Positions 41,467-50,722 of a stretch of 64,000 bases of DNA are shown here, one piece after another (positions within the stretch are counted from its first letter, which is position 1; each line of letters begins with the position of its first letter). Made by a program: the position numbers and the translations under genes. This DNA is from an uncultured Chloroflexia bacterium (GTDB lineage Bacteria; Chloroflexota; Chloroflexia; Chloroflexales; Herpetosiphonaceae), in assembly GCA_963767035.1 (NCBI GenBank), contig CAVYBW010000001.1, positions 2,118,547-2,182,546 of the forward strand. The letters are read 5' to 3'. The notes beneath the pieces were generated by a model. The model saw nothing but the letters and a program-made list of their open reading frames with translations, was not told where the DNA came from and made no database searches.

Positions 41467-42534
41467 ATGGATTTAATAAATCAATCGTGCGATGGATTGG
41501 AGCGTACAGCGGTGGGAGCATGGAACATCATCGGAAATGAGTGGGCGGTCGAATTATTACGTTTGGCAATTGCCCGTAATTCAGCCAGCCATGCCTATTT
41601 GCTCACCGGTTTGCCCAACATTGGCAAGGCGACCTTGGCATTGCGCATGGCTCAAGCGCTCAATTGCGAGCGCAACGATGGTGATGCGTGCGGCACATGT
41701 CGAGCTTGCAAGCGCATCGCCAAGAACAACTACCCCGATGTGCGGATTGTTGGCCTAGCCGAACAGGCAGCCCAGCAAAAAGCCAGCGAAAGCATCAAAA
41801 CCCGTTTGGGCATCGACACCGTGCGCGAATGGCAAGCTGATATTGCCCTGCGACCTTACGAAGGCCGACGGCGGGTGTTTATTATGCACGACGCTGAAAC
41901 CATGACCGAACAAGCCGCCAATGCGTTGCTCAAAACGCTTGAAGAACCACCACCATTTGCCACATTAATTTTGGTTGCAAATAGTGCTGGCGATTTATTG
42001 CCGACGATCACGTCGCGCTGCCATGTGCTAAAATTGCGCCCAGTACCCCGCCAACAAGTTACCCAAGCCTTAATTGAACATTGGCAAATTGCTCCCGCCG
42101 ATGCGGCGATTGTAGCTGCGTGGAGTGCAGGCCGAATTGGTTGGGCCGCGACCGTGGCGCAATCGCCCGATTTATTGCAAGCTCGCGTCGAACAACTAGA
42201 GAGTTTGATCGAGTTACCAAGCAAGCCGTTGGTTGAGCGCTTCAAATGGGCCGAAGGATGGAGCAAAGCCAATCGCGAGCGCGACGAACTGTTTGCAATG
42301 CTCGAATTATGGCAGGTGTGGTGGCGTGATGTGCTGTTGACTGCCGCTGGCACGCAGCAAGGTCTGGTTAATATTGATCGGGCTGAGGATTTGCAGGCCT
42401 TGGCGCGTTTGCCATTGCCAGCGATTCATAAAACGCTCAAAGGCATCACTGACGCAGCAACCCAAATTCGCGAGAATGTTAGCCCACAGTTGGCCCTCGA
42501 AGGCGTATTGCTCAATTTGGCGGGGGCGAAGTAG
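41467..42534 (+). CDS. holB: DNA polymerase III delta' subunit
   Basis: AAA+ clamp-loader motifs HAYLLTGLPNIGKATLA, Zn-module CERNDGDACGTCRAC, RVFIMHDAETMT, LKTLEEPP. Confidence 0.85.
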   Translation: MDLINQSCDGLERTAVGAWNIIGNEWAVELLRLAIARNSASHAYLLTGLPNIGKATLALRMAQALNCERNDGDACGTCRACKRIAKNNYPDVRIVGLAEQAAQQKASESIKTRLGIDTVREWQADIALRPYEGRRRVFIMHDAETMTEQAANALLKTLEEPPPFATLILVANSAGDLLPTITSRCHVLKLRPVPRQQVTQALIEHWQIAPADAAIVAAWSAGRIGWAATVAQSPDLLQARVEQLESLIELPSKPLVERFKWAEGWSKANRERDELFAMLELWQVWWRDVLLTAAGTQQGLVNIDRAEDLQALARLPLPAIHKTLKGITDAATQIRENVSPQLALEGVLLNLAGAK

Positions 42535-42653
42535 GGGTTAGGCATCAGAGGTCAGGGAACAGATGGCAGTAGCAAGTTTATCCACGAAGGACACGAAAGG
42601 GAGAAGGCTATGGGCTAGCTGGAATGGTTGATTGGATTGGCAAGGATGGCATT

Positions 42654-42685
42654 CCCTCACCCCCGGCCCCTCGCCCACTGCACGA
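42654..42685. repeat. Family A repeat, truncated copy
   Basis: ccctcacccccggcccctcgcccactgcacg. Confidence 0.6.
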
Positions 42686-42868
42686 GTTAATTCTGGTGGT
42701 TCTCCCACGCCTTGTGGTGAATCGAGACGCTGCGTTAATGCTCAGTTTCTACTAGCCATGCTTGCTCTGCACCTCTGCGTTAAATTTTGACTTTTGCTTT
42801 CTGCCTTCTTCTCTCTCTGCGCCTCTGCGTTAAAACCTCAGTCCCCGCTCCTATGCTCTATGTTCTGA

Positions 42869-43900
42869 TCAGGGAACCCGCGTCATCCCGCCGATATCAC
42901 CTGGCTCCTCGATTAAAACTGGTGGATTGCCCGCCAAATCCATCTGCCAGAGACCAGAGAACGTCCAAATATACAGCAGCGAGCCATCGAGTACGATGCG
43001 TGGATCTTCGAAGATCTCGCTATTGACGGCTTTACCTTGGCTAGTTGCCAGATCGACCGACCAAACTTGCCAACCCAAGCCGTGAGCAGCGGCTGGCTTA
43101 ACAAACCAATCGCGCCAACTTGGCTGGCGTTGGCCAATCGTTAATGGGCTGGCAGCAATATAAATCGTTTTGCCATCTGCCGACCAAATTGGTGCTTCTA
43201 AGGCACTAACTAAGCTGGGTTGATCGAACAACACCCGTTCTTGCTTGGTTTGTAAATCGTAAAGATAGAGTGTGGGATAAATGCCATCGCGGGTGCGCAC
43301 AAACGCCATTTGGCGGCCATCAGGCGAAATCGATGGAAAGGTTGCGCTCAGCACGAGCGTTTGTTGCGAAGCGCTAGCAACATCAATCGCGACGATTGAG
43401 CTACTCGATTGCAAAAAGACCCCATCGTTATCAAAGCGCAAGGTTTGGTAGACCCCATACAAGGTTTTGCCATCAGGCGACCAGGTTGGGGTATCGAGTG
43501 AATCGTAAATTTGCTGACCATCACGTTTGCCAGCAGCGGGCACAAACAACGATTTGCTCGCTCCGCCAGTGACCGAAATTTGATTGGCACGATTAACCGG
43601 CACCACAAATGGCTGCTCGGCGCTCGGGGTTGGCACAGGCGGGCGATACGAATAGACCACGCTTTTGCCATCGGGGGCAATACTAGGGAAGGTTGAATAG
43701 GCATTGGGCGCTTCGTTGGTTAATTGCGTCCACTGTTTAGCAGGCAAATCGAAACGCCACAAATCCCCACCGCGCGAGATAATCAGCGAAATAGGGCCAA
43801 GGTTCGGGGCAACAGGCGCTGGCGGCATAGCCGTCGACGAACTAGCTGCCCCGCAACTTGCCATGAGAATACAAATAAGAACATAAATCATGAATCGCAT
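42869..43900 (-). CDS. PD40/TolB-like beta-propeller lipoprotein
   Basis: Lipoprotein signal (LICILMASCG) and repeated SPDG/WSADGK PD40 blocks. Confidence 0.7.
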   Translation of the reverse strand: MRFMIYVLICILMASCGAASSSTAMPPAPVAPNLGPISLIISRGGDLWRFDLPAKQWTQLTNEAPNAYSTFPSIAPDGKSVVYSYRPPVPTPSAEQPFVVPVNRANQISVTGGASKSLFVPAAGKRDGQQIYDSLDTPTWSPDGKTLYGVYQTLRFDNDGVFLQSSSSIVAIDVASASQQTLVLSATFPSISPDGRQMAFVRTRDGIYPTLYLYDLQTKQERVLFDQPSLVSALEAPIWSADGKTIYIAASPLTIGQRQPSWRDWFVKPAAAHGLGWQVWSVDLATSQGKAVNSEIFEDPRIVLDGSLLYIWTFSGLWQMDLAGNPPVLIEEPGDIGGMTRVP

Positions 43901-43903
43901 GAA

Positions 43904-45052
43904 TTATCGCTCGCGGAGATACAGCGCTATATCGGTACTATGATTATTTTGCGGATCGATATAGGCCTTCGGAATAAAACCAACGCGCTCGAAACCTGCT
44001 TGCTCGTAGGCCGCAGGCAATGCCGGATGATCAAGTGGCACATGCCCAAGCAACTGGTTGGCAAAATGGTTCGATGGTAATTGGCGCAGCATTTCATTCA
44101 ATAAAATCGAAGCTTGATCCATATGCCCTGCTGCGAGATAACAATCGACCAAAAGCTGATGCTGCTGGTAGTAGGGGTTTGGCCATGGATAGACCGGCGG
44201 CATAATACTGCCCCAGCCAACAATCGCCCCGCTGGCTGCCGTCAGACCAGTTAATACCGCCACATCGCCTTCTTGCTGCTCGAACGCCGGAAAGAAATCT
44301 TCGGCCCCGATATTGGCATCACCCAGCATTTGCAGCCCATAATGGCGCACAATCCGATTATCAGGCGCATTGAACAACGATAATAACAACGGCACATCGG
44401 CCCGATCCGATGATCGCATAAAGACTGCCGTGCTGGGGGCAAACAAATGCTTGAGAAAGTTTTCGGGCGAATCGCCGTCGCTAATCCGCCAGGCAATCCG
44501 ATTGCCCGAGCGGCTACTTTCGCTCTCATTAATCGTCACAAAATGATACTGCTCATAGAACGACATGGCACTATCATTATGTTCAGTGCTAATAATCAGC
44601 GCTTGCCCGCCACTGGCCTCAAAATCATTAATCGCCAACTTCAATAACTTATTAGCCAAGCCACGGCGACGATAGGGCTCAGCCGTATAAACCCGATGAA
44701 TCGAACCCAATTGTGGACAGAACTTTGAACGACACAGCAGCATAGCGCTAACAGGCCGTCCCTGCACTTGGGCCAAATACCAAACATCTTGGCTAAAGCG
44801 CAGCCCAACAAGGCGTAGGTGCATATCGAATGACCAACGCCATGCCACCGCCGGATCTTCACCCCATCGGTGATAAAGCTCCTCAAGTGGTTGGGCAAAT
44901 TCAGAAGCAAGCGGTTGGATGCGCGAGAGGACTGCCTCAGTTCCTGCACCCAGAGCAATCCGCGCAACTTCTTCGTACATCAGCGACCCTCCAAGCTCGA
45001 TAGCTCGTGTGTAGTAGGTCGCATCATACTCTAGGCCTCGCTGCTTGTCCAC
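43904..45052 (-). CDS. GNAT-family acetyltransferase (tandem GNAT folds)
   Basis: RRRGLANKLLKLAINDFE...FYEQYHF motif A, with a second GNAT-like half. Confidence 0.6.
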   Translation of the reverse strand: MDKQRGLEYDATYYTRAIELGGSLMYEEVARIALGAGTEAVLSRIQPLASEFAQPLEELYHRWGEDPAVAWRWSFDMHLRLVGLRFSQDVWYLAQVQGRPVSAMLLCRSKFCPQLGSIHRVYTAEPYRRRGLANKLLKLAINDFEASGGQALIISTEHNDSAMSFYEQYHFVTINESESSRSGNRIAWRISDGDSPENFLKHLFAPSTAVFMRSSDRADVPLLLSLFNAPDNRIVRHYGLQMLGDANIGAEDFFPAFEQQEGDVAVLTGLTAASGAIVGWGSIMPPVYPWPNPYYQQHQLLVDCYLAAGHMDQASILLNEMLRQLPSNHFANQLLGHVPLDHPALPAAYEQAGFERVGFIPKAYIDPQNNHSTDIALYLRER

Positions 45053-45096
45053 TACAGCCCATAGCGTAGGGTTAATTAAGGACTGTGGTGAAACGT

Positions 45097-45515
45097 TCCC
45101 TCACCCCCCAGCCCCCTCTCCCACTGAACGCGGGCGAGGTGGAGTATCTGTGCATTACCGACCCATCATGGAAAAACCACGCAGTTAAAGCCCCTCGTAT
45201 GTAGCATGGGCGAGGGGCAGCATCTGTGCAGTGGGAGAGAAGGGCTTCCACGGGTTGGTTTTAAAGATTCCGACGCTGCGAACCACGCCATGGCCGGTTT
45301 ATCAGCAGACGCTTGCTGACCAATAAACGTCCTTGAGGGGGTGCAGGAGGATTAAGGCACCCTGCGTCTCCTGCCTTGAGGCGGGACGGAAGGGTGGTGA
45401 AACCGATCCATGCCGATAGCCAATGATTCGAAACCTACAAAACCCTACCCTTGTAAAGTGAAGCCCTTCGCCTGCGCCACGGGAGCGGGGTTGGGGGTGA
45501 GGGGGTGTTAAAACC
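45097..45515. repeat. Large mosaic repeat cluster (families A and B plus the aaaaccctacccttgta module)
   Basis: A direct family A copy at 45097-45140, partial copies near 45190-45245, an inverted family A copy at 45460-45510, an inverted family B copy at 45340-45410, and the aaaaccctacccttgta module at 45440-45460, which is also seen at 8794-8810. Confidence 0.75.
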
Positions 45516-45712
45516 TACTCATTTAGTAGTTACGGGAACTTATTTCAATCACTGACGTTATTCCTGCATAGGCATATGCGGTTTATTTGATATGCCTTGC
45601 AGTTAATCACTGGTTTGGGTGGAGTGCGAGAGGAATTTGGTTGATCATGGTCGACACCAGGCGCAGATTCTTCACGCAGTATTCGGGACATACTGCCTTT
45701 GGAGGTACCTAG

Positions 45713-47650
45713 TGGTTCATCGTTTTCTTCGTTGTAGCCTGCTCCTTGCACTTATCGTTGGAGCCATCGCCAACCATCACGCCACTCCGCTGGCCGCCCA
45801 AAATTCGCAGCCTAGCCCCAGCCAATTAGCTATTACTGGCCAACTCGGCGGTGATAGCTCCACCATGGTCGTTGCCGATACCTCGGCCTATGTTGGCATC
45901 GGGCCACGGGTTGTAACCTATGATCTGAGTAATCCTAATCAACCACGTTTGGGCAACCAAAGCGCGCTCTTGCCAGCCACCGTCCAAGATTTGGCACTTG
46001 GCGAGGGCTATTTGTACGCTGCTTTGGGCTATGGCCGCGAGCATGGCTTAGCAACTTTTTCATTAGCCACGCCATTGACCCCAACCTTGGTGAGCTTTTA
46101 TCCGCTCGAATTATCAGCAATGGCCGTCTTCAGCTATCAAAACTATGTCTATGTCCAAGTTGATGATGGCTTGAAGGTGTTTGATCTGAGCAATCCCAGC
46201 CAACCACAGCTGGTCAATCATATTAACCAATATGGCATCGCCAATGTCACGATTCAAGGCGATCATGCGATTTTTAAATGTGCAATCATGGCTTTCTGGC
46301 TTCGATAGTCTCAACATCGTCGATTTGAGCAGCCCAATGACACCAACACTCAAAGGCTCAATCACGCTGGGCGATATTTTAGATGTTGAAATTGCTGGCG
46401 ATTATGCTTATGTCAATACCCAAATGGGCTTGCGCATCGTTGATATAACAGATGGCGGCAACCCAAGCATTATCAGCCAAACCGACGATGTTGTGGGCCT
46501 GCAATTGGTAGTAAACGACACTACCCTAGCCACGATTGGCCTCGATTATGCCTTGCATACGTGGGATATTACCAATCCACTCACGCCAACCGAAATTGCC
46601 GCTAGCAGCGAAACTATTCTAGGCTGGCCGACAGCGCTGATTGCCAACCAAAATATTGGCTATGTTTTGACCCTTTCTGGCCAAATCAGCGTTTTCGATT
46701 GGAGCAACCGTCAAGATCCCAATGGCCTTGGCGTTACCGAAACCCCTGGTTGCAAAGAAAATGTGGCCTTGCAAGTTGTCGGCGATTATGCCTATGTCGC
46801 CGATTGGGGTCGCGGCTTGTGTATCGTCGATTTGAGCAATCCAAGCCAGCCAACGGTGGTTGGTCGGTTTGACCTCACAACCGATCGCAATGCGGTCAGC
46901 GATATCGCAGTCCAAGGCTCATTGGTGTATATGGTCGATTGGAGCCATGGCATTTATGTGATCGATGTCAGCGACCCAACCGCACCAAGCCAAGTTAGTT
47001 TCTTTGCAACCGCTGGCTTTCCAGCATCAATCGCGGTCAATGGCCCAATGGTCTATGTCGGTGAGTCAATCAACGACCAAGGCGTTGGGGGCAGTGTGCG
47101 GATTTTTGATCTGAGCGATTTGGATAATCCGGTTGAGCACAGCCAGTTCTACACCAGCAAAGTTGCTCAACTCGCCGTGGTCGATCAAACGCTGTATGTC
47201 GCTGATAACGAAGGCGGCCTGCGAATTCTCGATGTCAGCAACCCTGACAATATTCAAATGCTCGGCCAATATGCCGATACATGGTTTGCGATGGATTTGG
47301 CAATTCAAGATCACTATGTCTACTTGGCGACCACCGCTGGTTTAGAAATTGTCGATGTCAGCGACTCGACCCAGCCAACACCTGTAGGCCGCTTGGGTAG
47401 CACAATGGTTGATGGCGTAGTTGTTGCAGGCGATAGCGCCTATATTGGCGTCGATGCTGGCATTCAACAGATCGACATCAGCCAGCCAAGCACACCGCAA
47501 ACGGTTGCGACAATCCTGCTGGCCCGCGATTCATGGATTCTTCCAGCGCTGCATGAGCAGCAAATTGTGGCTTTGAGTTATCATGGTGGTGGCATGTTCG
47601 TGATTAACGCACACTATCAAGTATTTTTGCCTGCAATAACCAAAAACTAA
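45713..47650 (+). CDS. LVIVD-repeat beta-propeller protein, secreted (apparent frameshift)
   Basis: Signal peptide, then many LVIVD repeat units (YAYVADWGRGLCIVDLSNPSQP, LYVADNEGGLRILDVSNPDN, etc.). The frame shift is at ttttt/aaa 46271-46278. Confidence 0.75.
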
Positions 47651-47664
47651 ATTAAGCCTCGAAT

Positions 47665-47722
47665 AAACAGCTGCTGGTGCGCAATCTGCTATGGTTGGGG
47701 CCAGCAGCTGTTTATTTTAAGC
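47665..47722 (+). terminator. Rho-independent terminator
   Basis: aaacagctgctgg ... ccagcagctgttt stem (13 bp) followed by atttt. Confidence 0.55.
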
Positions 47723-47915
47723 ATTGGGCACAAAATTTGCTTATTTTGATTAAAGCTATGTTATAATGGCCCAAAGGTGCCGTTAGGAGGCACTACCACT
47801 GTGAAGAACCTCGTCGCTTGATGCACGTATTATCGTTCGGATGTCCGCTGTACTCCCGATCATTCAAGCTTGCACTGACGACCCCAACAGTAGAACCACG
47901 ACCTGTGGAGTAATA

Positions 47916-50324
47916 ATGGAACGTTTACATAAGTTTTTGGCGCGGGCCGGCGTAGATTCACGTCGGGCTTGCGAAGATTTGATGTTGGCTGGACGCGTAT
48001 CGGTTAATGGGCGCGTTCAACGCGAATTAGGGACCCAGATCGACCCCGATAAAGATGACATTCGAGTTGATGGCGAACAAATTACACCTCCAACCGAGCT
48101 TCATTACGTCTTATTGAACAAACCAAGCAGTGTCATGACCACCCTGAGTGACCCTGAAGGCCGCCAAACAGTCGCCGATTTGGTCAAAGCGCACAATCGT
48201 TTATTTCCCGTAGGTCGGCTCGATTACGATAGCGAAGGGCTATTGTTGATGACCGATGATGGTGACCTGACGTTTCGGCTGACCCATCCATCGTTTGAAG
48301 TGGAAAAAGAATACCAGGCCTTGTTAAATCAAGCACCATCAGTTGAGCAATTGCGCGAGTGGCGCAATGGGGTTGAGCTTGACGATGGCAAAACTGCTCC
48401 CGCTTGGATCGAAATGTTGAATGAAACACCCGATGGTACATGGGTTCGGGTGGTTATTCACGAAGGTCGCAATCGTCAAATTCGGCGAGTTGCCGAAGCA
48501 CTCGGTTTAGAAGTTCGGCGCTTGATCCGCCTACGCGAAGGCCCACTAACTTTAGGCGAATTACAGCCAGGCCAATGGCGCGCATTAACCCCAACCGAAA
48601 TTGATCGCTTGCGCATGCACGGCAAACAAAGCAAAGCTTGGACACCAGTACGCCCACAAGAAAACGCTGAAGGTGGCAAACAGCGCCGCCAAGTTCGGCG
48701 AATTGATCGGTCTGGACAGTTGGTAGAACGTCGGGCTGATGTTGAACCGCGCTTACAACGAGCGCCTCACTTTACTTCACAGGAAAATACAATGTCATTT
48801 GAAGATTTCTCAATCGAAGAAGAACGCTCCAACCCTGATCGCCCAAGCCGTCGCCCAGAACCCCGCCGCGAAGGTGGATTCAGCGACCGCGGCCCCCGCC
48901 GTGAAGGTGGCAGCCCTAGCGACCGTGGTCCTCGCCGTGAAGGTGGATTCAGCGACCGCGGCCCCCGCCGCGAAGGTGGATTTAGCGACCGTGGTCCTCG
49001 CCGTGAAGGTGGCGACGCTGACCGTGGTCCTCGCCGCGAAGGTGGATTTAGCGACCGTGGTCCTCGCCGTGAAGGTGGCGATTTCGCTGACCGTGGTCCC
49101 CGCCGCGAAGGTGGATTTAGCGACCGTGGTCCTCGCCGTGAAGGTGGCGACGCTGACCGTGGCCCCCGCCGTGAAGGTGGATTTAGCGACCGTGGTCCTC
49201 GCCGCGAAGGTGGCGATTTCGCTGACCGTGGTCCTCGCCGCGAAGGTGGATTTAGCGACCGTGGTCCTCGCCGCGAAGGTGGCGATTTCGCTGACCGTGG
49301 TCCTCGCCGTGAAGGCGGCGGCTTCGGCGAACGCGGCCCACGCCGTGAAGGTGGCGATTTTGGCGACCGTGGTCCTCGCCGTGAAGGCGGCGGCTTCGGC
49401 GAACGCGGCCCTCGTCGTGAAAGTGGCGGCGGCTTCGGCGAACGCGGCCCTCGTCGTGAAGGTGGCGATTTTGGCGACCGTGGTCCTCGCCGTGAAGGCG
49501 GCGGCTTCGGCGAACGCGGCCCGCGCCGTGAAGGTGGCGGCTTCAGCGAACGTGGCCCTCGTCGTGAAGGCGGCGGTGGTTTTGGCGAACGCGGCCCACG
49601 CCGTGAAGGTGGCGGTGGTGGCTTCGGCGAACGTGGCCCTCGTCGTGAAGGCGGCGGTGGTTTTGGCGAACGCGGCCCACGCCGTGAAGGTGGCGGTGGT
49701 GGCTTCGGCGAACGTGGCCCTCGTCGTGAAGGCGGCGGTGGTTTTGGCGAACGCGGCCCACGCCGTGAAGGTGGCGGTGGTGGCTTCGGCGAACGTGGCC
49801 CTCGTCGTGAAGGCGGCGGTGGTTTTGGCGAACGCGGCCCACGCCGTGAAGGCGGCGGTGGTTTCACGAACCGACCTCCTCGTCGCGATGCAAGCGGCTT
49901 TGACCGCACCAACCGACGCGAAGAATTTTTTGACGATCGACCACGTGGCGAGCGTGGCCTAGCGCTTGATCGTGCGCATCGTGGTGATGACCGCCCCAAA
50001 AATACCTTTGGTGGTGGCCGTCGATCAAATAATCAAGGCTCGTTTGACCGTCGTGGCTTTGATAACCGTGGCCGTGATGACCGTCGTGGCTTTGATAATC
50101 GTGGCCGTGATGACCGTCGTGGCTTCGACGATCGCTCGGCACCACGTCGCGATCAAGCACCACGCGACAGAATTGCCGATCGTGGGCCAATTGTGGCTCG
50201 CAATAACCCAGCGCCAACGCCGGCACCAACGCCAGCACCAAGCGCTGATCAATCAGGGCAACCAGCCCGCCGTATGCGCGTGGTTCGGCGCTTGAAAAAG
50301 GCAGGCGGTGATGAACAAGCTTAA
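47916..50324 (+). CDS. rluB: 23S rRNA pseudouridine synthase (RsuA/RluB family) with about 530 aa Arg/Gly-rich tandem-repeat C-terminal tail
   Basis: S4 domain ([29 protein letters not shown]), catalytic motif [28 protein letters not shown]. This is followed by 46 units of GPRREGG(G)(F)(S/A/G)(D/E)R. Confidence 0.85.
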   Translation: MERLHKFLARAGVDSRRACEDLMLAGRVSVNGRVQRELGTQIDPDKDDIRVDGEQITPPTELHYVLLNKPSSVMTTLSDPEGRQTVADLVKAHNRLFPVGRLDYDSEGLLLMTDDGDLTFRLTHPSFEVEKEYQALLNQAPSVEQLREWRNGVELDDGKTAPAWIEMLNETPDGTWVRVVIHEGRNRQIRRVAEALGLEVRRLIRLREGPLTLGELQPGQWRALTPTEIDRLRMHGKQSKAWTPVRPQENAEGGKQRRQVRRIDRSGQLVERRADVEPRLQRAPHFTSQENTMSFEDFSIEEERSNPDRPSRRPEPRREGGFSDRGPRREGGSPSDRGPRREGGFSDRGPRREGGFSDRGPRREGGDADRGPRREGGFSDRGPRREGGDFADRGPRREGGFSDRGPRREGGDADRGPRREGGFSDRGPRREGGDFADRGPRREGGFSDRGPRREGGDFADRGPRREGGGFGERGPRREGGDFGDRGPRREGGGFGERGPRRESGGGFGERGPRREGGDFGDRGPRREGGGFGERGPRREGGGFSERGPRREGGGGFGERGPRREGGGGGFGERGPRREGGGGFGERGPRREGGGGGFGERGPRREGGGGFGERGPRREGGGGGFGERGPRREGGGGFGERGPRREGGGGFTNRPPRRDASGFDRTNRREEFFDDRPRGERGLALDRAHRGDDRPKNTFGGGRRSNNQGSFDRRGFDNRGRDDRRGFDNRGRDDRRGFDDRSAPRRDQAPRDRIADRGPIVARNNPAPTPAPTPAPSADQSGQPARRMRVVRRLKKAGGDEQA
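48838..49875 (+). repeat. In-frame tandem repeat array (period 33-42 bp, 46 units) inside rluB
   Basis: Repeats of cgtggtcctcgccgtgaaggtgga tttagcgac and variants. Unit length grows 5' to 3' (33, 36, 39, 42 bp) by added ggc/ggt Gly codons. Confidence 0.9.
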
Positions 50325-50568
50325 ACAGGCCTATCTCCAATTAGCAGTTGAACGTGATCGTACCCGCCGCCAAGCCGAGCGCTATGCCCATGAATCGCAG
50401 CGTTGGATTGAACGGATCGCCTTAGCCAAACGCTGTGGCGAATCTGAACTAGCAAGCCAAGCGCGAGAACGAGCATTGCAAACCGCGCAAGCCGAAATTC
50501 GGCTCCGTGGCGAATTAGCTCGGCAGGAAGTCCTGGTTGATCAACTGGTAGCAAGCCTGCACGCTTAA
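50308..50568 (+). CDS. Small coiled-coil protein (PspA/IM30-like fragment?)
   Basis: 86 aa, entirely helical, Arg/Glu/Ala-rich. Overlaps the rluB stop. Weak. Confidence 0.3.
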   Translation: MMNKLKQAYLQLAVERDRTRRQAERYAHESQRWIERIALAKRCGESELASQARERALQTAQAEIRLRGELARQEVLVDQLVASLHA

Positions 50569-50722
50569 TTCATCAATCATTCAATCCCGCAAACACTGCT
50601 TGAGCTTCAAGCAGTGTTTGGCATTTAACAAACTATGCTAAAATCGAGCCAGCATTTAGCCTTCTTAGAGGAAGGAGCAGTCTATCCGACGCTTAACATG
50701 GTCTGCGCCATATTGGTGGCCA

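Noticed and set aside
48838-49875. Regular 33-42 bp tandem repeats that could be mistaken for a CRISPR array
   Set aside because: There are no unique spacers; the units are contiguous, in frame and coding within rluB. There are no cas genes and no leader.
48739-49999. 410 aa Pro/Arg/Ser-rich ORF (minus strand) and 407 aa Ala/Val/Lys-rich ORF (plus strand, other frame)
   Set aside because: Both are alternative-frame readings of the rluB RGG tandem-repeat array. Only the frame contiguous with the pseudouridine synthase core makes biological sense.
50308-50568. Possible pspA gene
   Set aside because: At only 86 aa and lacking the N-terminal amphipathic helix, it is at most a fragment. It is kept as a low-confidence small coiled-coil CDS, not called PspA.
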